Of a DNA stretch of 64,000 nt, positions 24,491-34,197 are shown in pieces. The stretch is from Arcobacteraceae bacterium (lineage in GTDB: Bacteria; Campylobacterota; Campylobacteria; Campylobacterales; Arcobacteraceae), in assembly GCA_965224485.1 (NCBI GenBank), contig CBDCZH010000015.1, forward strand, positions 32,001 through 96,000, given 5' to 3'. Position 1 is the stretch's first letter. Each line of letters begins with the position of its first letter. Both the position numbers and the translations under genes were made by a program. The notes below the pieces were generated by a model. That model saw only the letters and a program-made list of their open reading frames with translations. It had not been told where the DNA came from and made no database searches.

Positions 24491-24699
24491 TGAAAAAAGA
24501 ATATGATTTTACAAATGCAGAACAAGGTAAATTCTATAGACCTATTGAAGAGTTAGATATACCAATATATTTAGATGATGAAGTTAAAAACTTTTTCTTA
24601 AAAAATATAAAAGACAAAGCAAGTGATTTTTCTTTAAATAAGATTATTAATTCACTTATTAAACAAGATATAGAAATATCTAAAAAGCTATCACACTAA
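24490..24699 (+). CDS. BrnA-like antitoxin
   Basis: MKKEYDF..IYLDDEV..FF..IN.L; TAATG-coupled to brnT. Confidence 0.8.
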   Translation: MKKEYDFTNAEQGKFYRPIEELDIPIYLDDEVKNFFLKNIKDKASDFSLNKIINSLIKQDIEISKKLSH

Positions 24700-24734
24700 A
24701 CAAAGATAACTAAATTTAGCTTACCGCTAGAGTA

Positions 24735-26112
24735 AAATAGGTACTTTTGTACCCTCTTCCTCTATCTCAACTACCATAGAAAAAAAGTGTTAAATTCACT
24801 TCTTCTGATTTAATAGATGCTATTATTGATTCATTAATATTCAATTATATCTATTAACAGTAGTTTAACTTTATTAGTTTATACCTTAAAATAGTTTTAA
24901 ATAACTGGTGTTTGCTCTTGTAAACTTTCAGTTCCCGCTCTTTTCTTCTTTTGCCAAAAAGAAGAAACAAGAAAGTGTCTACGGCTTCATCGGCCTAAAG
25001 GCTCCCTAAATATTTTTTATTGATTTACTTAAAAATATAACTCACTAAAATATGCCTGAGGGCATATTTATTAACGCTCAAACAGAAATTTTTGGGTTAC
25101 GTAAATCAATAAAAAATATTTAGCTCTTGCAGATGTAGATTTAAAGGAAAGATTATTTGTCTACTTCGTAGATGTAGTTTTGATTCATATTAATAAATTA
25201 ATTTTTATATTGGGCATTTTGATTACTTGCTCTTTCCTGCCTTTGAGGAAGTTAGAATTTAAGAATTTATTTTCTATAATAAAAAAGAACTATTAATATC
25301 ATAAAACTAAAATAAATATTTATAATATTAGGAAAATGAATGAAACTAAATATACTTATAATAACTCTTATACTTCTATTTAATGGATGTAGCTTTAAAA
25401 ATCAAGTTAATAATATTGAAAAAGAAAATAGTGTTTTAAATGATTACAGACTAAAAGAAGAAGCTAAAAATATACAAGAGATGAGAAATATATGTTTAAA
25501 AAAAGGATATACATGGCATTTCTCTTATGATGATGAAATTGAATGTGGCGCACCACTTGGTAAAAGAATTGAAATAGGTACTTTTGTGCCCTCTTCCTCT
25601 ATCTCCACTACTGTAGAAAAAGAAAGTGATACATTCACTTCTTCTGATTTAATAGACACTATTATTGATGCATTAATATTCAATTCTATTTATTAATTAT
25701 AGTTTTAATTTATTAGTTTATACTTTAAAGCAGTTTTAAATAACTGGTGTTTGCTCTTGTAAACTTTCAGTTCCCGCTTTCTTACTTTTGTATTGACAAA
25801 AAGTAAGCAAAAACAACTACTGTTTCGGAGGTCTTCGACTACCTAAAGTTTTTTTATTTATTTACTTAAAAATAAAACTCACTAAAACATGCCTCAAGGC
25901 ATCTTTTTTCACGCTCTAACAGTTATTTTTGGGTTACGTAAATAAATAAAAAAACTTTAGCTCCTGCAAATGTAGCATTTCAACGGAAAGATTTTTTGTC
26001 TGCTAAAGCAGATATTGTTTTAAAACATATTTATAAATACATTTTTTATTGGGCATTTAAACTACTTGCTCTTTTCCTGCCTTTGAGGAAGCTAGAGTTT
26101 GAGAGTTTATTT
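24735..26112 (+). repeat. Imperfect direct repeat of ~540 bp (24735-25272 and 25572-26112), period ~837 bp
   Basis: Both copies begin AAATAGGTACTTTTGT.CCCTCTTCCTCTATCTC and share AATAACTGGTGTTTGCTCTTGTAAACTTTCAGTTCCCGCT. Confidence 0.92.
25340..25696 (+). CDS. Hypothetical lipoprotein
   Basis: Signal peptide with LFNGC lipobox, AGGA RBS. Confidence 0.75.
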   Translation: MKLNILIITLILLFNGCSFKNQVNNIEKENSVLNDYRLKEEAKNIQEMRNICLKKGYTWHFSYDDEIECGAPLGKRIEIGTFVPSSSISTTVEKESDTFTSSDLIDTIIDALIFNSIY

Positions 26113-26281
26113 TCGGTGAAAAGCGAAGCATGTCTGAGCGTTTAAAAAGGTGCCGTAAGGGCACGTTTTAGCGAGTTCTGGAGCGCAGAAAATAAATTTT
26201 TGAACTCTAGGCACCCGAAGGGCTTCAGCAACCGGCAGTCGACTTTTTTGTTTCTTTTTGATCGACAAAAAAAGAAAAAAA
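25778..26281. repeat. Divergent pair of ~200-nt structured units (minus 25778-25978, plus 26078-26281)
   Basis: Stems 25843-25865/25938-25960 and 26092-26112/26190-26210; shared core TGT...GAGCG..TGCC-loop-GGCA..TTTTAGYGAGTT; terminal T-rich hairpins. Confidence 0.8.
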
Positions 26282-26402
26282 GCGCGAAGGTTTACCTTTG
26301 TAAGAGTTCTAAAAGTTAAAACTAACTTAGAAATAAAATTCAAGTAATTAAGTTTGCCTTAAGTTTCTTTTTTGTTATACTTAGAAAAAGACAAGGAAGA
26401 AA

Positions 26403-27032
26403 ATGAAAAAAAAAATAGAAGATATAACTAAAAGCTTAAGTTTATGCACTCTGTATTTTGATGACATATCTGAGATTTATAATATATTAAGAGAATACAA
26501 AAATTCTGTAAAGATATCAACCGATAAATATCATGATATTAGCTCTTTAGATGAAATAAAAGACATTAAAATAAAAAGTCTTGAGTTTATAGTAAATAAA
26601 GAATCTGAATATATTTATCTTGAATTTAATGAAAAAGAAACTAATTTTTATTCAAATGCTAAAACAATATATACAGTAGGTATTATTTCAAAAATAGAAG
26701 AGACACTTCAGAAAATAGAAAAATCAAAAAAATTACATTCATTCAAAGTACCTATAAAAATGGTAATTCTTGTTACTCTTTGGTTAATAATTAATAGAAT
26801 TATACTTTCTACTCTAGACATTAACGAAGAAGAATTAGAAAGAACTATTATATTAATTTCTGGAATAATCACACTATTATTAGCATTGATTAATTTTAAA
26901 ATACTTGAATATAAAAATGAATTTATTTTAAATAAAAAAAGAATTGAGTATAGTTTTTTTCAAGAACATAAAGAATGGATAATACCATTACTTACAATGG
27001 TAGGAGGATATTTGTTAGGTGAATTTTTTTAA
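26403..27032 (+). CDS. Hypothetical membrane protein
   Basis: 209-aa ORF, AAGGA RBS, three hydrophobic segments. Confidence 0.7.
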   Translation: MKKKIEDITKSLSLCTLYFDDISEIYNILREYKNSVKISTDKYHDISSLDEIKDIKIKSLEFIVNKESEYIYLEFNEKETNFYSNAKTIYTVGIISKIEETLQKIEKSKKLHSFKVPIKMVILVTLWLIINRIILSTLDINEEELERTIILISGIITLLLALINFKILEYKNEFILNKKRIEYSFFQEHKEWIIPLLTMVGGYLLGEFF

Positions 27033-29585
27033 CCTCTTTATAATTTCAAGAAAAATAATAAACATCCTCTTCTTCGTTCGAGAAGTAGCAACAGCTTCAT
27101 ATGGGTTTTCTGGCCAATAATGTCTTTTATACTTACCTCGTAACTCTTTTCTTACCTCAGCATAAGAATTATCCCAAAAACTTTTTAAATCATATGTTAT
27201 TTGTATCTCTTGTAAAGCTGGATTTAGAAGATATATTTGTAAAGAAAGAGTATTATTTAGAATTTTTGGTGTTTGTTTTAAACCAAAAACTTCTTGTATC
27301 TTTACTTTTAAATTTGGATGTTTTACATTTGAATAGTCTATTTTTATATTTGAGCCACTTGGTACTTTTATACTAGAAGGAAGATAATCTTCTAATGTTT
27401 TTAAAGTATTCCATGGTATTTTGGCTTGTAAAATATTGTACATATCAAGTTCTTTTAGAGCTTTGATTGTTTTTATGTTTTGCAATTGAGTTTCTAATAA
27501 ATTATCTATGTCTTTTAATAAAGCTTCTTTTGTAAAGTCTGGTAAATTTAAGGTATTTTCTTTATCGTGAGCATTATAAAAGTTTACTTTTTCTATCAAA
27601 CCTTGTACTTTTTTACTCCAAGTTAAAAGTTCAAGACCTTCTTCTTTTATAAGATTTATAAATAGTTTTTCATATTCCTTATTTTCTATATTTGTATTAG
27701 GTTTTGAGGCTAGTTCAAGTTTTAAAAACATTGTTCTTGTTTTTATCTCAAAACTTTGTTTTTCTTTATTATATAAAAAAGTATTTTCTTCTTTTAAATA
27801 AGAAGAGAAGTATTTTTTTATGTTTTCAAATGAAATATAAGCAGCAAGAGATATTATAGAATTTTTATCTTTTGCTATTATATTAGCTACTACTAAATAC
27901 TCACTATTAAATAGTAAATCTTTTTTATTTAGTACTGCTCCTTTTGCATTTGATAACTTATATCTATTGTCATTTTTTTCTCTTAGTTTTGCTAGTCTAT
28001 TTGGATAAGCAAAAAGTAAAAGAACACCTAAAATATCTTTTTGTAAATTTCTATCTAAGTATTTTTCTTTACTTTTAATAACAGATATTTTTTTCAACTT
28101 ATCAAAAAGATGTTTTGCTTGTACTAAGACTTGTTTTGCCCTAAATATATCTATAAAAGCACTATTAAAGTCTTTATTTTTTAAACTTAGAAATCTATCA
28201 TAAATATCACAACAAGAAAAAGAGTCTTTTAAAATATCTTTCTCTTCTAATAAAGAAGTTAATAAACAAGCATCATAAGCAAGGCCTAATTCATTGGCTT
28301 TTAAAATCATATTAGCAAAACGTGGATGAACACCTAAATTTAGTGCTTGTTTTCCATATACTGTAATATTATATGTTTCATCTAACATATTTATATTTTT
28401 TAATAAGTCTTTAGTTGAGTTTATAATCTGCTCTTGGGGTATATCTAATAGTTGTATTTCACTTAAATGCTTTACTCCCCAAAGAGCTAGGTTTAATATA
28501 AAGTAAGATAAGTCTGATCTTAAAATCTCTGGCTTATTAGAAGCTTGTAATATTCTATTTTTATGCCATAACTTATAACATTTACCAGAACTTAATCTTC
28601 CAGCCCTCCCAGATCTCTGCGTTGCTGATTCTTTTGAGATAAAGCAGTATTCTAAGTGATTCATATCATTTGTATGTGAGAATCTACTTTGTTTTTCTAG
28701 TCCTGAATCTATTACTACTTTTATGCCTTCTATTGTTAAAGAGGTTTGAGAAATATTTGTTGATAGTATTATTTTTCGCTTAGAACATTTTCCTAAGGCT
28801 TCATCTTGTTGTTTTTTTGAAAGGCTTGAGTGCAAGGGTAAAATTTCTACCTCTTTAGCTTCTAAAAAAGTATTTAATTTTTCTTCTAAAGACCTAATCT
28901 CTTTAGTTCCAGCTAAAAAAACTAAAATATCACCCTTGTCTTCTTTTAAAGATTTTAATATAGTATTGTAAAGAAGAAGACTTAAAGAGTTTATATCTGG
29001 GTGTTTAATACTAAGAGGCAAGTATATATCTTCTATCTCAAACATTCTTCCCTTACTTGTAATTAAAGAAGTATTAGGAAGTAAGTTTAATAACTTTGAA
29101 GAATTTAGTGTTGCTGACATTAGAAGTATTTTTAAATCAGGTCTTATTAATTCTTGTGATTGTAAGCATAAAGCAAGTGAGAGATCACTATGTATACTTC
29201 TTTCATGAAACTCATCAAAAATCACTAAAGCTACATCTTCTAAAGCTTGATCATACTGTAGCTTTTTTGTTAATATTCCTTCTGTTACAACAAGTATTTT
29301 TGTATTTTTACTAAAACAAGAATCCATTTTCACTTGATATCCTACACTTTGTCCTACTTTTTCCCCAAGTAATCTTGCCATTTGAGATGCAACTGCACGT
29401 GCTGCTACCCTACGTGGTTCAAGCATGATTATAATTTTTTTTTCTAGCCAATATTCTTTTAAAAGAGAAATAGGAACAAGGGTACTTTTTCCAGCTCCTG
29501 CAGGAGCTTCAAGTATTAATCTTGTACTTTTAGATAGAGAGTTTTTAATTTCAAGAAGAACGTCATTTATAGGAAGTTTTATCAT
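27015..29585 (-). CDS. hrpB: ATP-dependent RNA helicase HrpB
   Basis: GAGKST, EPRRVAAR, DEFHERS, MSAT, QRSGRAGR, LRGKYKRHYWPENP. Confidence 0.95.
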   Translation of the reverse strand: MIKLPINDVLLEIKNSLSKSTRLILEAPAGAGKSTLVPISLLKEYWLEKKIIIMLEPRRVAARAVASQMARLLGEKVGQSVGYQVKMDSCFSKNTKILVVTEGILTKKLQYDQALEDVALVIFDEFHERSIHSDLSLALCLQSQELIRPDLKILLMSATLNSSKLLNLLPNTSLITSKGRMFEIEDIYLPLSIKHPDINSLSLLLYNTILKSLKEDKGDILVFLAGTKEIRSLEEKLNTFLEAKEVEILPLHSSLSKKQQDEALGKCSKRKIILSTNISQTSLTIEGIKVVIDSGLEKQSRFSHTNDMNHLEYCFISKESATQRSGRAGRLSSGKCYKLWHKNRILQASNKPEILRSDLSYFILNLALWGVKHLSEIQLLDIPQEQIINSTKDLLKNINMLDETYNITVYGKQALNLGVHPRFANMILKANELGLAYDACLLTSLLEEKDILKDSFSCCDIYDRFLSLKNKDFNSAFIDIFRAKQVLVQAKHLFDKLKKISVIKSKEKYLDRNLQKDILGVLLLFAYPNRLAKLREKNDNRYKLSNAKGAVLNKKDLLFNSEYLVVANIIAKDKNSIISLAAYISFENIKKYFSSYLKEENTFLYNKEKQSFEIKTRTMFLKLELASKPNTNIENKEYEKLFINLIKEEGLELLTWSKKVQGLIEKVNFYNAHDKENTLNLPDFTKEALLKDIDNLLETQLQNIKTIKALKELDMYNILQAKIPWNTLKTLEDYLPSSIKVPSGSNIKIDYSNVKHPNLKVKIQEVFGLKQTPKILNNTLSLQIYLLNPALQEIQITYDLKSFWDNSYAEVRKELRGKYKRHYWPENPYEAVATSRTKKRMFIIFLEIIKRLKKFT

Positions 29586-29643
29586 AAACTTATTATATGA
29601 AAATAAGCTTATTAATTAACTTGTTTAATCATGAAATTTATCT

Positions 29644-31206
29644 TTATCTCTCACAAACTTTATTTCTTCCAGTTTCTTTTGCATCATATAAAGCTTTATC
29701 CACATTTTGCAAAAAGGCTTTTAATTGTGAATCTGAAGTAGGTACTATTGTTGTAGCACCAATACTGATACTTATAATATTTGAAATTTTAGAAAACTTA
29801 TGTTCTATTTTAGCATTTAGTATTGCTTCTAAACATTTATTTGCAATAGTAAGAGATTCTTTTGTATTTGGTAAAACGATAATAAATTCTTCTCCGCCAT
29901 ACCTAGCAATTAAATCAGAATCTCTTTTTAATGTATTTTTTAAAATGCTCGCAACATCTTGTAAACAAGTATCCCCTTTAGGATGACCATAATTATCATT
30001 ATATAATTTAAAATAATCTATATCAATCATAACTAAAGAGATAGGTGTTTTATCTCTTAATGCCCTATTCCATTGAGAATATAAATACTCATCAAAATAT
30101 CTTCTGTTTGCAATATTTGTTAAGGTATCAGTTCTTGATAAAATACTTAGTTTTTTATTTAAAGCATCCAATTCTTGCGTTCTTTTTTTTACTAATTTTT
30201 CAACTAACTCTTTTCTTTTATTTATAAAAAATATATATAAAGTTCCAAATAATACAAAAATTAGTATAAAGAATGTAGCGAATAAGGGGGTTAATGTTCT
30301 TCTTTGTTCAATATATACTTTTGAGGCAAAAGCTTTTAATACTAAATCTCTTCCCCCTAGCTTCATAAGTTTTTTTTCATAAGTAAAATAAGTATTTTGT
30401 TTAGATTTAGTAATAAAATCACTATAAAGAATATCTATTTTTTCATCAGTCTCATCAATAAGTAATAAATTAATTCCTTTTGTTTCAACTCTTGACATAG
30501 CAGTATTAAACATATCTTCTATCCTAAAAACACCAAGTATGAAACCTTCAAGATTTAGACGTTTATTTTTTATTGTACTAGAGTGGGTTTTGTAAATGGG
30601 CATGAAAGTTAAAAAAGCTTTTTTCTTGGAAGTTTCTTGAACTAAGATAATACTTTTAGTTGATAAGAGTTGTCCTAAATCCATTGAATTTTTTAAAGTT
30701 TCTAATCTCTTGACATTTGAAGCCAAATCAAAACCTAAGGCAATTTCATTTCCATAAAAAGGTTCTATATACGATATAGGGAAATAGATTTCTCTCTCTT
30801 TAGCTCTAATCATACTACCTTGTGAAAGTATTTGTGTTATTTCAAAGTTAGCAAATTCAGTTTTTCTTCCTTTTTCAAAAGCTTCTCTATTTTTATGCTC
30901 TACTTTTGGAATCCATTCTAAGGCTTGAATATCTTTATGTCTTGATAAAATATCTAAACTTATAGTTTTAAACTCACTTGAACTTACAAAATTAGAACCA
31001 ATAAAAAGCCCTTTTATTGAGTGTAAAGTCTCAAAATTTAATAAAAATTCTCTCTCTAAAGAAAAAACCTTATCATGTAAATCTTTTTTCAATTCTAGCT
31101 TTATTTTATTACTCTCGTTATTATAAAGCATATAACCAAGTAACAAAGATAAACTAATTCCAATTAGGATAAGTAATATTAGTATTTTTTTAGAAAATAT
31201 ATTCAT
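29644..31206 (-). CDS. CHASE-domain diguanylate cyclase
   Basis: TM-CHASE (YIEP..N..ALGFDL)-TM-GGDEF (DIDYFKLYND.YGH..GD, RxxD I-site, RYGGEEF). Confidence 0.93.
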   Translation of the reverse strand: MNIFSKKILILLILIGISLSLLLGYMLYNNESNKIKLELKKDLHDKVFSLEREFLLNFETLHSIKGLFIGSNFVSSSEFKTISLDILSRHKDIQALEWIPKVEHKNREAFEKGRKTEFANFEITQILSQGSMIRAKEREIYFPISYIEPFYGNEIALGFDLASNVKRLETLKNSMDLGQLLSTKSIILVQETSKKKAFLTFMPIYKTHSSTIKNKRLNLEGFILGVFRIEDMFNTAMSRVETKGINLLLIDETDEKIDILYSDFITKSKQNTYFTYEKKLMKLGGRDLVLKAFASKVYIEQRRTLTPLFATFFILIFVLFGTLYIFFINKRKELVEKLVKKRTQELDALNKKLSILSRTDTLTNIANRRYFDEYLYSQWNRALRDKTPISLVMIDIDYFKLYNDNYGHPKGDTCLQDVASILKNTLKRDSDLIARYGGEEFIIVLPNTKESLTIANKCLEAILNAKIEHKFSKISNIISISIGATTIVPTSDSQLKAFLQNVDKALYDAKETGRNKVCER

Positions 31207-31542
31207 ATATAACTCTTTATAAATAATATAAGTATAAATTGTAATTAGATACTCTTAAATAAAACTAAAACAAGCATACTTAAATAAATTATACCAAAAT
31301 AAGAGTTTTAGGTATTTTTTACTTTTTTATTTAGGATTTTATATAATGATTAGATAAAGAGGTCATGAGTTTCTAGAAGATTTAACTATAGTTTATTTAG
31401 TACATTAATTTAACAAGCGGAATTCTAATCAATCTTAACTTATATCATTATTAATATTATTCTTATTTAGAATTTCTTGATAAAACTACTAATGATACTT
31501 TGGTATAATTAAAACTAAGAAATAAAAAGGATTTTTTTTAAT

Positions 31543-32214
31543 ATGAGTAAAAAAGCAATATGTATATTAAGTGGAGGAATGGATTCAACTCTTTCTTCAT
31601 ATATAGCTAAAGAAGAAGGTTATGAAATAATAGCTTTGCATTTTAATTATGGTCAAAGAACACAAAACAAAGAATTAGAATCTTTTAGAAAAATATGCTC
31701 TGCTTTGAAAATAGAAAATAAATATGAAGTAGATATTCCATTTTTTACACAAATTGGTGCATCATCTTTAACAGACAAAGAAATAGATATACCAGTAAAA
31801 GGAATAGAAGATGGAGTTCCTAGTACATATGTACCTTTTAGAAATGGTATTTTCTTATCAATTGCAAGCGCTATTGCTGAAAAAGAAAAAGCGCAAGCTT
31901 TATTTATAGGAGTAGTACAAGAAGATGGTTCTGGTTATCCTGATTGTACAAATAGTTTTATTTCAAAAATGATTGAAGCTATTAATGAAGGAACTAAAAA
32001 AGAGACTAAATTAGAGATTAAAACACCTTTAGTTAATTTAATGAAAAAAGATATTGTTTTAAAAGCAAAAGAGCTAAATGTTCCTTTAGAGCATACTTGG
32101 TCTTGTTATCAAGAAGAACAAAACGCTTGTGGGGTATGTGATTCATGTAGATTACGATTAAATGGTTTTGCACTTGCAAAAATTAAAGATCCTATACAAT
32201 ATAAGGTTTTATAA
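31543..32214 (+). CDS. queC: 7-cyano-7-deazaguanine synthase
   Basis: SGGMDS, YVPFRN, YPDC, TWSCY..CGVCDSC. Confidence 0.96.
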   Translation: MSKKAICILSGGMDSTLSSYIAKEEGYEIIALHFNYGQRTQNKELESFRKICSALKIENKYEVDIPFFTQIGASSLTDKEIDIPVKGIEDGVPSTYVPFRNGIFLSIASAIAEKEKAQALFIGVVQEDGSGYPDCTNSFISKMIEAINEGTKKETKLEIKTPLVNLMKKDIVLKAKELNVPLEHTWSCYQEEQNACGVCDSCRLRLNGFALAKIKDPIQYKVL

Positions 32215-32750
32215 TGAAGTGGAATATCTCAAAAGAGTTTGATTTTTGTTATGGGCACAGAGTTTGGTCACAAGAACTAAATATTGAGTTTGCTCTTGAT
32301 GATTGTTTAGTATGTAGACATTTACATGGCCACCAAGGCAAAGTAATAGTTCATTTAGAAGCAAATGAGTTAAAAGCTGGAATGGTAACTGATTTTAAGC
32401 ATCTAAACTGGTTTAAAGCATTTTTAGACAAAACCTTAGATCATAAATTTATTATAGATATAAATGATCCTTTATTTGAAACTTTATTACCTCATTTTAA
32501 AGATAAAAAGAATTTGATCTCGCATGATGAAGGTTTTTTACGACCTGATATGAATCATGTAAAAGATGAAGAAAGCCATATACAAGAGATGTATGAAGGT
32601 TATATAATAGTGTCTTATGTTCCTACAAGTGAAAATATTTCAACTTGGTTACTTAAAATTGTACAAAAAAAGATGAAAAAACTTAATGTGAAAGTTTCAC
32701 ATTTGGAGTTTTTAGAAACACCAAAGAGTAAGAGCACCGTATATGCTTGA
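32214..32750 (+). CDS. queD: 6-carboxytetrahydropterin synthase
   Basis: CRHLHGH, GMVTDF, LDH, PTSEN; between queC and queE. Confidence 0.88.
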   Translation: MKWNISKEFDFCYGHRVWSQELNIEFALDDCLVCRHLHGHQGKVIVHLEANELKAGMVTDFKHLNWFKAFLDKTLDHKFIIDINDPLFETLLPHFKDKKNLISHDEGFLRPDMNHVKDEESHIQEMYEGYIIVSYVPTSENISTWLLKIVQKKMKKLNVKVSHLEFLETPKSKSTVYA

Positions 32751-33492
32751 TCTTAGTGAAATTTTTGGTCCAAGCATTCAAGGTGAAGGAAAAAGAGTAG
32801 GAAGAGCTTCGATTTTTATAAGATTTGCAAAATGCAATATGACTTGTTCAGGTTTTGAAGTGCAGTATATAAATAAAGAGGGCAAGAAAAAATATGGTTG
32901 TGATACGTATTATGCTGTTGATAAAAGTTTTAAGAATAAATGGAAACAACTTAGCTCAAGTGATATTATAAAAGAAGTTTCAGCCCTTTGTAAAAATAGT
33001 ATTTTTGATATTATTATAACAGGAGGAGAACCCTTACTGCTTTGGAATAAAAAAGAGTTTCAAGAAATACTTTCATATTTTATTTTAAGAAATCATAAGA
33101 TTACTATTGAAACTAACGCTTCTTTAGATATAAATTTCACAAAAGAATATCAAAAAAGAATCATGTTTTCAATGAGTGTAAAACTTTCAAATTCTAAAGA
33201 ATCTTATAAAAAAAGAATAAATATTTTAAGTTTGCAAAATATTTTAAATAATACAAAAGAGTCTTATTTAAAATTTGTTATTGATAAAAATGAAACAGTG
33301 CAAGCAATAAAAGAGATTAAAGAACTTACAAAAAAAATTCCTAAAAGTGATATATATTTAATGCCAAAAGCAAAAAATCAAGAAGAATTAGCAAAAAACG
33401 ACAAAAGTATCATAGCTTTATGCATACTAAATAATTATATTTATTGTGATAGAACACATATTCGTATTTGGGATGATGAAAAAGGTGTTTAA
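32743..33492 (+). CDS. queE: 7-carboxy-7-deazaguanine synthase (radical SAM)
   Basis: EIF..SIQGEG, FIRFAKCNMTC..CDT, ITGGEPL, IETN. Confidence 0.92.
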   Translation: MLDLSEIFGPSIQGEGKRVGRASIFIRFAKCNMTCSGFEVQYINKEGKKKYGCDTYYAVDKSFKNKWKQLSSSDIIKEVSALCKNSIFDIIITGGEPLLLWNKKEFQEILSYFILRNHKITIETNASLDINFTKEYQKRIMFSMSVKLSNSKESYKKRINILSLQNILNNTKESYLKFVIDKNETVQAIKEIKELTKKIPKSDIYLMPKAKNQEELAKNDKSIIALCILNNYIYCDRTHIRIWDDEKGV

Positions 33493-33561
33493 AGAAAAGA
33501 AATAAGCCCTATTTAAGCCAATTATATCTACAATGTTTAGAATTAAAACATAAGGACATAA

Positions 33562-33921
33562 ATGGAAAACTTAGATAAGATTTTAGTACTTATAACTACT
33601 TTTCTTGCAGCTTTTTTAACATGGAAAATGGTTTTTGATTTTTATAAAACAAAACTACATAAGGTTTTTTCTCACTTAATAGCAGTTGTTACTGCTTCTT
33701 TTATGTTTATGTCATCAATGATTTTATTCGTACCTCAAAACTATCAAAGAGGGGTTACAGCAGAAATTGAATTTACTGCAATGTCTTTTGTTAGTGTTAT
33801 AGTTATGATTATAGTTATTTATATTTTATTTAAATATATTCCAAATAGAAACTATAAAAAACTTCAGGCAATGAAAAAAACAACTACTGCAAATACAGCT
33901 AAAGCTAAAAAAAGAAAATAA
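33562..33921 (+). CDS. Hypothetical membrane protein (3 TM)
   Basis: AAGGA RBS, hydrophobic segments. Confidence 0.7.
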   Translation: MENLDKILVLITTFLAAFLTWKMVFDFYKTKLHKVFSHLIAVVTASFMFMSSMILFVPQNYQRGVTAEIEFTAMSFVSVIVMIIVIYILFKYIPNRNYKKLQAMKKTTTANTAKAKKRK

Positions 33922-34109
33922 TGTTTGTTTTATTTTCTAAAAATAAAATAGTTTTACTATATTTTATAATCATAATTAGCCTTGGGATTTTTCTAGAATA
34001 CAAGAATATTATAGAAACACAAAAGTTTGTTGGTTTTTGTATAATTTTCTCAATTTTGTATTTTGTAATTAGAACATTACTTGTAGGCAACTGTTCAAAA
34101 AAGAAATAA
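33921..34109 (+). CDS. Small hypothetical membrane protein (2 TM)
   Basis: TAATG coupling to upstream gene. Confidence 0.55.
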   Translation: MFVLFSKNKIVLLYFIIIISLGIFLEYKNIIETQKFVGFCIIFSILYFVIRTLLVGNCSKKK

Positions 34110-34140
34110 CAAATTCTTATAATTTTTTGACAAATATCAA

Positions 34141-34155
34141 TGATAATTAATATCA
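34141..34155. promoter_or_regulatory. Fur box upstream of ABC/NnrS operon
   Basis: TGATAAT-T-AATATCA, one mismatch to the 7-1-7 consensus. Confidence 0.75.
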
Positions 34156-34197
34156 CTTTCATTATAATTCAAATAAATTACTTATTTAGGATAAAAA

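Noticed and set aside
24735..26281. CRISPR array or IS element
   Set aside because: No short regularly spaced repeats, cas genes or transposase.
26107..26343. 78-aa minus-strand ORF
   Set aside because: Lies across the structured repeat and has no protein-like features.
19960..27030. Prophage or island integrated at ssrA
   Set aside because: No integrase and no duplicated ssrA 3' end seen.
31543..33492. queCDE plus folE as a 7-deazaguanine DNA-modification system
   Set aside because: No dpd genes; consistent with ordinary queuosine precursor synthesis.
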